From Terriglobia bacterium (GTDB lineage Bacteria > Acidobacteriota > Terriglobia > Acidiferrales > UBA7541), in the NCBI GenBank assembly GCA_963695545.1, contig OY968796.1:3872001-3936000 (forward strand): 64,000 nucleotides of DNA. The letters are read 5' to 3'. The stretch's first letter is position 1, and each line of letters opens with the position of its first letter. Of the stretch, positions 18,810 to 29,309 are shown piece by piece. The notes under the pieces are model-generated. The model was not told where the DNA came from, did no database searches, and saw only the letters and a list, made by a program, of their open reading frames with translations. A program made the position numbers and the translations under genes.

Positions 18810-20435
18810 GTGCAGCAACCGCTCTTACTGACGGTTCTCACATTCCTGCCGATGGCCGGCGTGCTCGCGCTGCTCGTGCTGCGCTCGGACGATCACGATT
18901 GGATTCGGCGCCTCGCTCTGGTGACTGCGCTGGCCGAATTTCTTTTCTCGCTTCTGCTGCTGCGCGGCTTCGATTCCGCGAACGGCACATATCAGTTCCA
19001 GGAATTTCACAACTGGATTCCCTCGCTCGGAATCCACTATCACCTGGGCATGGACGGCATCAGCCTTTTTCTTGTGCTGCTGAGCACGTTCTTGACGCCG
19101 ATCGCCATGCTGGCGTCATGGAATTCGATTCACGAGCGCGTGAAAGCATTTTTCATCGCGCTTCTCGTGCTCGAAACCGGCATGGTCGGCGTGTTCCTCT
19201 CGCTCGATCTGTTCCTTTTCTTTCTTTTCTGGGAAGTGATGCTTATCCCGATGTATTTCCTGATCGGCATCTGGGGACACGATCGGCGTATCTACGCCGC
19301 AATCAAATTTATTTTGTACACCATGTTCGGTTCGATTTTGATGCTCGTGGCCATGATCTGGCTCGCGCAGCTCGCGCACACGTTCGACATTGTGGCCATA
19401 CAAGAGCGATTAATGACGGGTCAGCTCGCGCTTTCCTCGCGCACGGAAATGCTGCTGTTCGGCGCGTTCTTCCTGGCATTTGCCATCAAGGTTCCGCTGT
19501 TTCCGTTCCACACCTGGTTGCCCGATGCGCATACCGAGGCTCCCACGGCCGGCTCGATTCTTCTGGCGGGCGTGCTGCTGAAGATGGGCGCGTACGGCAT
19601 GCTGCGCTTCTGCCTGCCGTTTTTTCCGGATGCGAGCCGGCGATACGCGCCTGAGATCGCCACGCTTGCGATCATCGGCATTATCTACGGCGCGCTGGTG
19701 GCCATGGTGCAGACCGATTTGAAGCGGCTGGTCGCGTATTCGTCGGTCAGCCACATGGGCTTCATCGTTCTGGGCATTTTCGCACTGCATCCCATCTCGG
19801 AAAACGGCGCGGTGTTCCAGATGCTGGCGCACGGCGTTACCACCGGCGCGTTGTTCCTGGCCGTCGGCATGCTCTACGACCGCAGACACACGTTCGAAAT
19901 TTCCGAATACGGCGGTCTGGCGACGCCTATGCCCGTGCTCGCGGCGTTCTATCTGTTCTTGTGCTTCGCTTCGGCCGGACTGCCGATGCTGAACGGCTTC
20001 GTGGGCGAATTTCTTATCCTGATCGGAACGTTCGTGCGCCACTCTACTTGGGCGTCGTGGGCCGCGCTGGGCGTGATCTTCTCCGCGGTGTATCTGCTCT
20101 GGTCGTACCAGCGTGTGTTCTTCGGCGCCGTCACGCAAGAGCGCAATCGTACGCTGGCGGATGCATCGGTGCGCGAGCGCGGCCTTTTGACGGTGATGGC
20201 GATCATGGTTCTGTGGATGGGCGTCGGTTCAACCGGATTCACGCGGCGCATCGAGCCTTCCGTCACGTACCTTCTCGAAACGATGCAGCGGCCCGCGGTT
20301 GACGCAAGCACGCGTCCGGCGGCGCGGCCCGCGCCTGCCTTCGCCCCGGCCGTTGTTCCGGCGGCCGCGCATTTCGCGACGCCCCAATCCGCGCCCACGG
20401 CCTCCGCGATTCACGCGCGGGGAGCGGCCGACTAG
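18810..20435 (+). CDS. nuoM: NADH-quinone oxidoreductase subunit M (operon 1)
   Basis: GTG start. Motifs FWEVMLIPMY and KVPLFPFHTWLPDAHTEAPTAGS. Ala/Pro-rich tail. Confidence 0.94.
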   Translation: MQQPLLLTVLTFLPMAGVLALLVLRSDDHDWIRRLALVTALAEFLFSLLLLRGFDSANGTYQFQEFHNWIPSLGIHYHLGMDGISLFLVLLSTFLTPIAMLASWNSIHERVKAFFIALLVLETGMVGVFLSLDLFLFFLFWEVMLIPMYFLIGIWGHDRRIYAAIKFILYTMFGSILMLVAMIWLAQLAHTFDIVAIQERLMTGQLALSSRTEMLLFGAFFLAFAIKVPLFPFHTWLPDAHTEAPTAGSILLAGVLLKMGAYGMLRFCLPFFPDASRRYAPEIATLAIIGIIYGALVAMVQTDLKRLVAYSSVSHMGFIVLGIFALHPISENGAVFQMLAHGVTTGALFLAVGMLYDRRHTFEISEYGGLATPMPVLAAFYLFLCFASAGLPMLNGFVGEFLILIGTFVRHSTWASWAALGVIFSAVYLLWSYQRVFFGAVTQERNRTLADASVRERGLLTVMAIMVLWMGVGSTGFTRRIEPSVTYLLETMQRPAVDASTRPAARPAPAFAPAVVPAAAHFATPQSAPTASAIHARGAAD

Positions 20436-20437
20436 AT

Positions 20438-21928
20438 ATGTTTCCCTCGCATGCAGAAATGCTGCGCCTCGCGCCCGAAATCGTTCTGACGGTCCTCGGC
20501 GCACTGGTGATGCTGGGGTCGCCGTTCTTTGAACGTCCGGCCGGGGCAAGCCAGCCGAAAGGCGCGAATTGGCTCACCGCGATTTCAATTTTCGGCGTGG
20601 TCGCGGCACTCGCGTCCACTGATTTCGCGGCGCACAATCCCGGCCCGGCTTTTTCGGGCCTGATCTCGGCCAACGCTTTCAGCACGCTTCTGGACTGGAT
20701 CATTTTGAGCGCCGCGCTGCTCGTGCTGCTCGGTTCAGCCGGTTACCTCGAGCGCGACAACATGGCCCCCGGCGAATTCTGCGCGGTTATTCTTTTCGCC
20801 GCGACGGGCATGTGCGTGATGGCCAGCGCCACCGAGCTGGTGACGATTTTCATCGGCCTCGAAATCAGCTCGATCGCCAGTTACGTTCTCGTCGGCTATC
20901 GCCGCGATTCACCGCTTTCGGATGAAGCGGCGATGAAATATTTCCTGCTCGGCTCATTCGCCACGGCGTTTTTCCTCTACGGCATCGCGCTGATTTACGG
21001 CGCCTCCGGAACCACGCGCCTCGATCAAATCTCCGCATCGCACGGTGGCCCCGTGCCTGCGTTGATGCCGCTGGGACTGGGGCTGGTTCTGGTGGGCCTG
21101 GGCTTTAAAGTTTCGGCTGCGCCTTTTCAGATTTGGACGCCTGACGTATATCAGGGCGCGCCTGCGCCAGTAACCGCGTTGCTATCGACAGGGCCCAAGG
21201 CCGCGGCCTTCGCCGTGCTGCTGCGCATCGTCGCAAGCGTCGATGCGGCTTCAGGAGTGTGGATGTGGGCGCTGTGGACTGTCGCGGTGCTTTCGATGTT
21301 TGGCGGGAATTTGGCCGCGCTTGCGCAGTCGAACCTCAAGCGCCTCTTGGCTTACAGTTCGATCGCGCACGCCGGCTACATTCTCGCGGCGCTGGCTGCG
21401 GCGGCTGCGGCAGCGTCGTCTGGCGATCCGAATTTGTGGATCAAAGGCATCGCCGCGGCGCTGTTTTATCTGGCGGCGTACGCCCTGATGAAACTCGGCG
21501 CGTTCCTGATGATCGCGCACCTCTCCGGACCCGGCGAGCAGCGGCAGGAACTGTCTGACTTCGCGGGGCTGGGCACGCGGCAACCGATAGCAGCGGCGTG
21601 TCTTTCGTTGTTTCTTTTTTCGCTTCTGGGCCTGCCCATCACCGCCGGCTTCGTCGCCAAATTCTACGTGTTTGGCGCGGCGCTCTCATCGCACCTGGTG
21701 TGGCTTGCGCTGGCAATCGCCGTGAACAGCATCATCGGTTCATATTATTACCTGCGCGTGATCGTGGTGATGTACATGCGCGAACCGCAGCAGGAAACTC
21801 CGCGCTTCCCCGTTCCCGCGACCGCCGTGGTCGCGCTGCTCGTGGCCGCCGTCGGCACGGCCTTCTTCGGCTTGATGCCCGCGCACTTGACCGATTGGGC
21901 CGCGCGCGCCGCGGCGTCACTGCGCTAG
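20438..21928 (+). CDS. nuoN: NADH-quinone oxidoreductase subunit N (operon 1)
   Basis: Motifs EAAMKYFLLG, FKVSAAPFQIWTPDVYQGAP and KRLLAYSSIAH. Confidence 0.94.
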   Translation: MFPSHAEMLRLAPEIVLTVLGALVMLGSPFFERPAGASQPKGANWLTAISIFGVVAALASTDFAAHNPGPAFSGLISANAFSTLLDWIILSAALLVLLGSAGYLERDNMAPGEFCAVILFAATGMCVMASATELVTIFIGLEISSIASYVLVGYRRDSPLSDEAAMKYFLLGSFATAFFLYGIALIYGASGTTRLDQISASHGGPVPALMPLGLGLVLVGLGFKVSAAPFQIWTPDVYQGAPAPVTALLSTGPKAAAFAVLLRIVASVDAASGVWMWALWTVAVLSMFGGNLAALAQSNLKRLLAYSSIAHAGYILAALAAAAAAASSGDPNLWIKGIAAALFYLAAYALMKLGAFLMIAHLSGPGEQRQELSDFAGLGTRQPIAAACLSLFLFSLLGLPITAGFVAKFYVFGAALSSHLVWLALAIAVNSIIGSYYYLRVIVVMYMREPQQETPRFPVPATAVVALLVAAVGTAFFGLMPAHLTDWAARAAASLR

Positions 21929-21961
21929 CCGGCACGCACAGATCTCTTTCCAAAAATAATT

Positions 21962-21994
21962 CGGCCCGAATTCTCGCGTGGAGAATTCGGGCCG
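21962..21994. terminator. Probable bidirectional terminator between the convergent operons
   Basis: 14-bp perfect stem CGGCCCGAATTCTC-GCGTG-GAGAATTCGGGCCG with AT-rich flanks. Confidence 0.7.
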
Positions 21995-22054
21995 GTTAAA
22001 TTTGCGCTGGCTTCCGAGAAAAGGTCAGGTTGCCGCCGCGCGGGATAGAGGCCG

Positions 22055-22381
22055 CTACTTCACTTTGATGAAGATGATGGCGAAGGTATAGAGGGCCATC
22101 GATTCGATCAGCACCAGTGCCAGAATCAGCATGTTCTGGATCACGCCAGCCGCGCCTGGATTTCGCGCCATTCCTTCCGAGGCCGCGGCCGAAGCCTTGG
22201 CCTGCGCGAATCCGCAAGCCGCCGAAGCGATGGCCATCGCGAAGCCGGAGGTGATCGCAACCCAGTTTGTCGGTGTGGGCATTGAGCCGCTATCACTCTG
22301 CGCGAACGCCGAAGGCGCGAGAAGCATCGCCGCTAAAACCACAAGCAGAAACGTGGCGTAGGTCCTTCCGTGCTTTTTCAT
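22055..22381 (-). CDS. atpE: ATP synthase Fo subunit c, with signal-peptide-like N-terminal extension
   Basis: Loop ARNP and LIESMALY with the ion-binding Glu. Confidence 0.93.
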   Translation of the reverse strand: MKKHGRTYATFLLVVLAAMLLAPSAFAQSDSGSMPTPTNWVAITSGFAMAIASAACGFAQAKASAAASEGMARNPGAAGVIQNMLILALVLIESMALYTFAIIFIKVK

Positions 22382-22491
22382 CAAGGTGATTCTCCTTCAC
22401 TCAGAAATGGCCGGCCGGAGGTGGCTCCCGACATCCTCGTGCAGCCGGGATCGCGCGGCGCGGCGTATCATGCCGGTATAAATGGTCGCTA

Positions 22492-23304
22492 TCAATGCGC
22501 TTCCGAAACGGCGCCACTCAAATAAATGACCGGAAGAATCGTGAATACGAAAGCTTGCACGAAGGCCACGAAAATATGCAGCACGATGAACAGCGCCGGC
22601 GCAACCAGGGGCACCGGCGCCAGGACGTAACCCACGGGATTTGCGTGGCCGGCGAACAGGAAAAGCACCAGCGTGAGCCCCAGAAAAATCGTGTAGAGCA
22701 TTTCGCTCACCATCATGTTGACCCACAGACGTACGGTGAGTGAGAGCAGGCGCGCGAAGTGGCTCACCGTCTCGACCACCACCATCAAAGGCGAAAGATA
22801 AATATTCGGCCCCATGAAGTGTGCGCCGTAATGGATGGGACCGTGCTTCCTCAGGCCGGCCCAGTGATAATAGAGGAAGACCACAATCGCACACCCGAGC
22901 GGTACGGAAACTTCCGCCGTAGGCGAGCTCAGGCCCGGAACCACGCTGATCAAATTGCAAATCAGCACGAACAGGCCAATCGAACCGATCATCGGCAGAT
23001 AGCGGTCGCCGCCGTGGCCCAGATTGCTATCGATTAAGTCGGATACGCCCAGGTTCATCGAGTTGTGCAGCAGAGTTTCCATGCACTGTTGCGTCGCGCC
23101 GGGGTTGTCCACCGAAAGCCGCGCGCGCAGCCACAGAAAAAAAACGATGGAAACGAGAAAAACCAGCCACTCCATCGCAATGTGGTTGGGGATGGGATAT
23201 TGCGGATCGGCCGGCGCGATGTGCAGCGCTGCTAGCAGCGCCAGCACGGGCTTCGCCAGCAGCCAATTTACCAATTTTGTGAAGCCCAGAACGTGCTCTT
23301 CCAT
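22492..23304 (-). CDS. atpB: ATP synthase Fo subunit a
   Basis: ARLLSLTVRLWVNM (conserved Arg) and VQAFVFTIL. Confidence 0.93.
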   Translation of the reverse strand: MEEHVLGFTKLVNWLLAKPVLALLAALHIAPADPQYPIPNHIAMEWLVFLVSIVFFLWLRARLSVDNPGATQQCMETLLHNSMNLGVSDLIDSNLGHGGDRYLPMIGSIGLFVLICNLISVVPGLSSPTAEVSVPLGCAIVVFLYYHWAGLRKHGPIHYGAHFMGPNIYLSPLMVVVETVSHFARLLSLTVRLWVNMMVSEMLYTIFLGLTLVLFLFAGHANPVGYVLAPVPLVAPALFIVLHIFVAFVQAFVFTILPVIYLSGAVSEAH

Positions 23305-23328
23305 GATTTCTCGTCTACCCGCGCTTGC

Positions 23329-23760
23329 CTACAAACTCCCCGCCGCACCCTGCCCCGCGCCGCCCGAACTCAGCTCCCAGATAAGTCCCAGGATCACCGC
23401 CGCGGGCGATGCGAACAAACCCGCGAGTAATGAAATTGCCGGCAACGAGGAATGCGTGAGAATAACATACACCGCGACGACCAATAAAGCGAAGCGGCCG
23501 AAAAACTTCGCGAACGCCGATTTCGGCACGCGCGCCGCCGGCGCACCCTCGCCGGCAGACGTTCCCACGCTGCCAAATGCTAGCACGCTGCCCTTGAGCC
23601 ACCGGAAATTGATCCAGGAAAGCGTGGCGCCTATCGCCAATCCCACCGCGCCGCGCCATCCCCAACGCCAACCAGCCGCGACGCTGCCGACGGCACCAAG
23701 CGCAAGCGTCAACCATTCGATTCGGCGCAGCGTGGCGCTGCCGAAAGCTTCACTGGCCAC
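23329..23760 (-). CDS. atpI: ATP synthase protein I (4-TM)
   Basis: Hydrophobic 143 aa with INFRWLK and KFFGRFALL, directly upstream of atpB. Confidence 0.75.
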   Translation of the reverse strand: MASEAFGSATLRRIEWLTLALGAVGSVAAGWRWGWRGAVGLAIGATLSWINFRWLKGSVLAFGSVGTSAGEGAPAARVPKSAFAKFFGRFALLVVAVYVILTHSSLPAISLLAGLFASPAAVILGLIWELSSGGAGQGAAGSL

Positions 23761-24025
23761 CGCGCGCTCGCTTTCCGGTCAGGCGGTGAATCACTTCGTA
23801 GATGCCGGCCGCGAAACCCACGCCGCCCAGGATGAGCGCGCACAGCGGCGCGGTGTGCAGCCGCCGATCGAGCAAATAGCCAAGCGCGCCTCCGATTAGA
23901 ACGGAGCCAACCAATACGATGGGCAGATCGATCACATTGAGAAATTTCCAAGACGCGCCGCCGCTCGAACCGCCTGAGCCATACGTGGGCGGGCCTGTCG
24001 ACGGCGGACGTGGATCAATGGCCAA
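23750..24025 (-). CDS. AtpZ/AtpI-family small membrane protein
   Basis: GGALGYLLDRRLHTAPLCALILGGVGFAAG. Probable TTG start overlaps the nuoN stop. Confidence 0.8.
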   Translation of the reverse strand: MAIDPRPPSTGPPTYGSGGSSGGASWKFLNVIDLPIVLVGSVLIGGALGYLLDRRLHTAPLCALILGGVGFAAGIYEVIHRLTGKRARGGQ

Positions 24026-25538
24026 ACGGCCCCAACGGCAGGAATATCGAATAGCCGGCCAAATGGACGAAAGGTTCGGGGTAAATTCCAGCTGCGAGAG
24101 TGACAAAGCACATCACGGTCATGGCTATCGTTTGCGCCATGGATATCGGTACGCGGCTGTGATCGGTGCCGTCCTTGAGCCAGGCGTGGACCACGACGCG
24201 GAAATAATAATAAAGTGCGGGCACGATATACAGCGCCGCAAAGACGGCCAGCGTGTAGTGCTGCGCCTGGATCAGCGCAAGGAAAATAAAATACTTGCCC
24301 ATGAATCCCGCCAGCGGTGGTATGCCCGCAAGCGACAGCATGAAAATCAGCAGCAGCAGTGCGGCCACAGGGCTGCGACGATACAGCCCGTTCAAATCGT
24401 CCAGTTCGTCGCCAGCCAAACCCCGGCGCTGCAGCACGATCAGCACGCCAAACGCGCCCGCGGTCATGAACACGTAGACCATCAGGTAGTAGGAGATCCC
24501 CACAAGTCCCGTTTCGTTTCCGGCGACCAGGCCCAACAGAATATATCCCACGTGGGAAATCGAAGAGTACGCCAGCATACGCTTGACGTTGGTTTGCGTG
24601 AGCGCCGCAAAATTACCGAGCGTGAGCGACGCGACCGCGACGCCCACCAGAATCATTTCCCAATTCACGCGCGCGGGCCAAAACGCCGTCAGAAACAGGC
24701 GCAACAGCAGCGCGAAGCTCGCCGTCTTCGACGCTACGCTGACGTAGGCAGTAATCGTCGTCGGCGCGCCCTCATACACATCCGGCGCCCATTGGTGGAA
24801 CGGCACGGCGGCCACCTTGAAGAAAAGGCCCACCGCAACCGTCACCAGCGCCAGCATCACCAGCAAAATGCCAGCCCCGTGCTGGTCCACCATGATTTGC
24901 ACTGCCGCGTTCACCGCGGCCAGGCTCGTGCGCGGGACATCCGGTCCGAATAAATCCTTTAAATCGGCCGTGGCTGAAATGCCATACAGCAGCGAAAATC
25001 CGTAGGCCAGAATGCCCGAGCTAAATGCGCCGAGCAGAAAATATTTCACCGCGGCTTCATTCGAGCGCTTGTCGCGGCGCAAGAAACCGACCAACACGTA
25101 GAAGCTGAGTGCCATCGTTTCAAGGCCCAGGAACTGGACCACCAGATCGATGCCCGCGGCCATGAACATCATGCCGACCGTCGCGAAAAGCAGCAGCGCG
25201 TAATATTCTCCGTGATTTTCGCCGACGGTCGAAAGGTACTTCACCGAAAGGAGGATCACGAGCGCCGTCGCGGCCAAAAATAGCGCGCCGAAGAAAATGT
25301 AGAACGGGTCCACCAGAATCGAATAATGGAATGCGACGGACGCATCCGGCGGCAGATCGCGCAATCGCCACAGTGAAAACCCGCTGAACGCGACACCCAG
25401 CAGGGCCATTACGGCGTTCCAATATTTGTACTGATCTTCGAGCAGAAAATCGGTCAGCAGAATGCCCAAGCCGAACAGCACAAGCTGCACTTCGGGCAGG
25501 AGCAGAAAGAAATCGTGGTGTAGCGCGGCGTTGTCCAT
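24015..25538 (-). CDS. nuoN: NADH-quinone oxidoreductase subunit N (operon 2)
   Basis: Motifs EAAVKYFLLG and FKVAAVPFHQWAPDVYEGAP. Confidence 0.95.
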   Translation of the reverse strand: MDNAALHHDFFLLLPEVQLVLFGLGILLTDFLLEDQYKYWNAVMALLGVAFSGFSLWRLRDLPPDASVAFHYSILVDPFYIFFGALFLAATALVILLSVKYLSTVGENHGEYYALLLFATVGMMFMAAGIDLVVQFLGLETMALSFYVLVGFLRRDKRSNEAAVKYFLLGAFSSGILAYGFSLLYGISATADLKDLFGPDVPRTSLAAVNAAVQIMVDQHGAGILLVMLALVTVAVGLFFKVAAVPFHQWAPDVYEGAPTTITAYVSVASKTASFALLLRLFLTAFWPARVNWEMILVGVAVASLTLGNFAALTQTNVKRMLAYSSISHVGYILLGLVAGNETGLVGISYYLMVYVFMTAGAFGVLIVLQRRGLAGDELDDLNGLYRRSPVAALLLLIFMLSLAGIPPLAGFMGKYFIFLALIQAQHYTLAVFAALYIVPALYYYFRVVVHAWLKDGTDHSRVPISMAQTIAMTVMCFVTLAAGIYPEPFVHLAGYSIFLPLGPFGH

Positions 25539-25543
25539 GGGCG

Positions 25544-27151
25544 CTATGGAGTGCTCCCGGGGGCGGCGGGCGGCAAGGCGGCCGGGGCGCTAGGCGCCGG
25601 CGTCGCCATGCTCGGCGGCGCGGGCGAACCGTAGTAGCCCGGATTAACTTCCTGGACCAATTCGCGCACCGGCCGATCGAGAACGCGGAACAGCGGCTTC
25701 GGGTAAATGCCGATCCAGAACGCGAGAATGATCAATGGAATCACCGTAGCGTATTCGCGCGCGTTCATATCGGCCAGGTGTTCGTTCGCGGGGTTGGTGA
25801 TGCTGCCGAAAATCACGCGTTGATAGAGCCATAACAAATACGCCGCGCCGAGCACAATGCCGAGCGACGCCCAAGCCGCCCACGCAAAGCTGACCTCAAA
25901 CACGCCGCGAAGAATCGTGAATTCGCCGATGAAGCCGTTGAGCAGCGGCAGACCGAGCGAGCTCAGCGTGATGATCATATACGCGGCGGCGAAATTCGGC
26001 ATCGGGGTCGCAAGGCCGCCAAATTCCGAAATCAATCGCGTGTGCCGCCGCTCGTAAAGCATGCCCACGATCAAGAACAAGCCGCCAGTCGAAATCCCAT
26101 GATTGATCTGCTGGATCACGCTTCCCGTCAGCCCGTTGGGCGTGAGCGCGAAAATTCCCAGCGTGCAAAAGCCCAGATGGCTTACCGAGCTGTAGGCGAT
26201 CAGGCGCTTCATATCTTTCTGCATCATGCAAACCAGCGCGCCGTAAATGATGCCGATGATCGACAGCGTGACCATGATCGAAACGATGTGGTGCCGCGCC
26301 ACGGGATCGGTCGGCAGCAGCGCGAGCGAAAAGCGAATGAAGCCGTAGGTGCCCATCTTCAACAGCACGCCGGCCAGGATCACGGAGCCCGCCGTGGGGG
26401 CCTCGGTGTGCGCATCGGGCAGCCAGGTGTGAAACGGGAACATCGGCACCTTGATCGCGAACGCGAAGAAGAATCCCCAGAACAGCCACTGCTGCGTCAC
26501 GGTGGAAAGCTGCGGCACGCAACCGAGCAGCGACTGCACGTCAAACGTGAACACGCCCGACAATTCTGCGTACTTGAAATAAAGCGCCAGAATCGCGAGC
26601 AGCATCACCACCGAACCCGCCAGGGTATACAGGAAAAATTTGATGGCCGCGTACAGCCGCCGATCGCTTCCCCACACGCCGATCAGGAAATACATCGGCA
26701 CGAGCATCACTTCCCAGAAAACGTAAAACAGGAAAAAATCGAGCGACATGAAAACGCCCAGCATCCCGGTCTGCAAGAGCAGAAACAGAATGTAATATTC
26801 CTTCCTGCGCAGTTTGATCGCGCTCCACGACGAGAGTATCGAGATCGCGCCCAGCAGCGTCGTCAGCATCACCAGCAGCAACGAGATGCCGTCGATCCCC
26901 AGCGAATAATGCGCACCGATCGAAGGAATCCATTCGGCGCTTTCGCCAAATTGAAACCGCGGCGCCGCGGCGCTTAGACTGAAACGCCACACGAGCGGCA
27001 ATGAAATCGCAAAGCCCAGCATGCCGAAAAAATTCCCGAGCACTCGATGGACGTTTTCGCTGTCGCGCGGCATCAGCAACAGCACAATCGCCCCCACCAG
27101 CGGCGTGAACAGCACGACGCTCAGGATATGCGCGTTATAGAATTGCATCAC
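25544..27151 (-). CDS. nuoM: NADH-quinone oxidoreductase subunit M (operon 2)
   Basis: Motifs FWEVMLVPMY and KVPMFPFHTWLPDAHTEAP. Confidence 0.95.
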   Translation of the reverse strand: MMQFYNAHILSVVLFTPLVGAIVLLLMPRDSENVHRVLGNFFGMLGFAISLPLVWRFSLSAAAPRFQFGESAEWIPSIGAHYSLGIDGISLLLVMLTTLLGAISILSSWSAIKLRRKEYYILFLLLQTGMLGVFMSLDFFLFYVFWEVMLVPMYFLIGVWGSDRRLYAAIKFFLYTLAGSVVMLLAILALYFKYAELSGVFTFDVQSLLGCVPQLSTVTQQWLFWGFFFAFAIKVPMFPFHTWLPDAHTEAPTAGSVILAGVLLKMGTYGFIRFSLALLPTDPVARHHIVSIMVTLSIIGIIYGALVCMMQKDMKRLIAYSSVSHLGFCTLGIFALTPNGLTGSVIQQINHGISTGGLFLIVGMLYERRHTRLISEFGGLATPMPNFAAAYMIITLSSLGLPLLNGFIGEFTILRGVFEVSFAWAAWASLGIVLGAAYLLWLYQRVIFGSITNPANEHLADMNAREYATVIPLIILAFWIGIYPKPLFRVLDRPVRELVQEVNPGYYGSPAPPSMATPAPSAPAALPPAAPGSTP

Positions 27152-27163
27152 GGCGTCTCGCTC

Positions 27164-29299
27164 CTAATGCCACAGGTTCGCCATTGTGAATCCCGCGGCG
27201 TGCAGGTAATACCCGATAAACACCAGCAAGCCCACCACGATCAGCAGTGCGTAACTTCCGACTCGTCCGGTCTGCAGCATGCGCATCGGATAGCTCACCA
27301 GCCAGAAGATGCGCGCGCCCAGATTCACCAGGCCGTCCACGAACCACTTGTCCCACCACGCGGAAACCAGCCCCGTGGCTCGCGTAAGCCGCCCCGCGCC
27401 GTTGATGAACAGCCCGTCGATGAAAATGCGATCGAACGCACCGAGCCCCAGCGCCAGATCCTTCACGCGATTCACGAACATCGCATCGTAAATCTGATCC
27501 ACGTAATATTTGTTGTAGACCAATCGATAAAGTCCGCCGGCGCTCGCCGCAATTTTCGCCGGCAAATCCGTGCGCTTGAGATACAGATAGTACGCGAGCA
27601 GAATGCCCGCGAGCGCCACGCCCACCGACAAAGCCATTAGCAGCAATTCCGGTGTTGCTTCGCCTGCTTCCTTCTCCGCCTCTTGCGGCGCCGCCGGCGC
27701 TTCCACTTCATCATGGCGCAGCGAAAGACTCGCCGGCGAAGCAGGGCCTTCCGTCAGCATCCCCATCGCGGGGGGCGCGACCACCGGATCCAGGAATTTC
27801 TCGAATCGTCCGTCGATTCCCACCAATCCGCCCACGATCGAGAGCAACGCCAGAATCACTAGCGGCACAGTCATGCTCGCCGGCGATTCGTGAATGCGGT
27901 GCTCGGCCTCCGGCGAGACGCGCGATTCGCCGCTAAACGTCAGAAATAGCAGCCGGAACATATAGAACGCCGTCACGCCCGCCGTGATCCATCCCACCAG
28001 CCACAAAAGGTGGCTCGCGCCGAACGTGCGTCCCAGAATTTCGTCCTTGCTGAAAAATCCTGCGAGCGGCGGAATTCCGGAGATCGCGAGCGTGGCCGCC
28101 AGCATCGTGCGATATGTCGTCGGAATTTTCTTCGCCAGGCCGCCCATCTTCAGCATGTCCTGCTCGCCGCTCATGGCATGAATCACGCTGCCCGCCGCGA
28201 GAAACAGCAGACCCTTGAAGAACGCGTGCGTCATCAGATGAAAAATGCCCGCGCTGAACGCGCCCACGCCGCACGCCAGAAACATGTAGCCCAGTTGCGA
28301 AATCGTCGAATACGCCAGCACTTTCTTGATGTCGGTCTGCAGCACTCCGATAGTGGCCGCGAAAATCGCCGTCGCCGCGCCCACTCCCGCCATCACCTCG
28401 AGCGCCAGCGGCGCCATCGAAAAAATCGCGCTCGTGCGCACCACCATATACACGCCGGCCGTCACCATCGTCGCCGCGTGGATGAGCGCGCTCACCGGCG
28501 TCGGGCCTTCCATCGCATCCGGCAACCAAACGTACAACGGCAATTGCGCCGATTTGCCCGTCGCGCCGACAAACAGCAGAAGCGCAATCGCAGTCAGCGC
28601 GGCATCGCCGTGATGGAAATTCCCCAGCGCGATCGCCGGCCAAAGCTGCGTGAAATTGATCGTGCCCAGCGTGCCCGCCATCAGAAAAACGCCGAGGATA
28701 AATCCCGCGTCGCCGATGCGGTTCACGATGAAAGCCTTCTTCCCCGCGTCCGTCGCCGACTTCTTGTGGAAGTAAAATCCGATCAAAAGGTAGCTGCACA
28801 AACCGACGCCTTCCCACCCGACGAACATCTCCAGAATGTTGTTCGCCAGCACGAGCGTCAGCATCGAGAACATGAAAAGATTCAGATAGCCGAAGAAACG
28901 ATAGTAGCCGCCCTCGTGCGACATATATCCGATCGAATACACGTGAATCAGAAAGCCTACGCCGGTCACGACACCCAGCATCACAACCGTCAGCGGATCG
29001 AACAAATATCCCCACTGCGCGTCGAAGCGCACAAGCTGTCCCGCCGTGGTGTGCATCGCTCCCGCAGGCAGCCAATCGAACAGCACATACTCGACCACGC
29101 GTTGCGAAACCGGCCGCGCCAGCAACTGCAAAATCGCGCCGAACGCATACAACATCGAGAGGAACACGCCCCCGACGCAAAACACGTTCACCGCGGCTTT
29201 GGGAAAGTGACGCCCGAAAAGCAGCATCATCGCCGCGGCCGCCAGAGGAAACAGCGGTATCAGCCACACATGCGCCAGAAAATATTCTGTCGGCATCAC
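27164..29299 (-). CDS. nuoL: NADH-quinone oxidoreductase subunit L (operon 2)
   Basis: Motif GKSAQLPLYVWLPDAMEGPTPVSALIHAATMV. Confidence 0.95.
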   Translation of the reverse strand: MMPTEYFLAHVWLIPLFPLAAAAMMLLFGRHFPKAAVNVFCVGGVFLSMLYAFGAILQLLARPVSQRVVEYVLFDWLPAGAMHTTAGQLVRFDAQWGYLFDPLTVVMLGVVTGVGFLIHVYSIGYMSHEGGYYRFFGYLNLFMFSMLTLVLANNILEMFVGWEGVGLCSYLLIGFYFHKKSATDAGKKAFIVNRIGDAGFILGVFLMAGTLGTINFTQLWPAIALGNFHHGDAALTAIALLLFVGATGKSAQLPLYVWLPDAMEGPTPVSALIHAATMVTAGVYMVVRTSAIFSMAPLALEVMAGVGAATAIFAATIGVLQTDIKKVLAYSTISQLGYMFLACGVGAFSAGIFHLMTHAFFKGLLFLAAGSVIHAMSGEQDMLKMGGLAKKIPTTYRTMLAATLAISGIPPLAGFFSKDEILGRTFGASHLLWLVGWITAGVTAFYMFRLLFLTFSGESRVSPEAEHRIHESPASMTVPLVILALLSIVGGLVGIDGRFEKFLDPVVAPPAMGMLTEGPASPASLSLRHDEVEAPAAPQEAEKEAGEATPELLLMALSVGVALAGILLAYYLYLKRTDLPAKIAASAGGLYRLVYNKYYVDQIYDAMFVNRVKDLALGLGAFDRIFIDGLFINGAGRLTRATGLVSAWWDKWFVDGLVNLGARIFWLVSYPMRMLQTGRVGSYALLIVVGLLVFIGYYLHAAGFTMANLWH

Positions 29300-29309
29300 G
29301 TCGCGCGCC

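Noticed and set aside
18810..27151. 2M-type complex I (two nuoM in one operon)
   Set aside because: The two nuoM genes belong to separate, oppositely oriented operons with one each.
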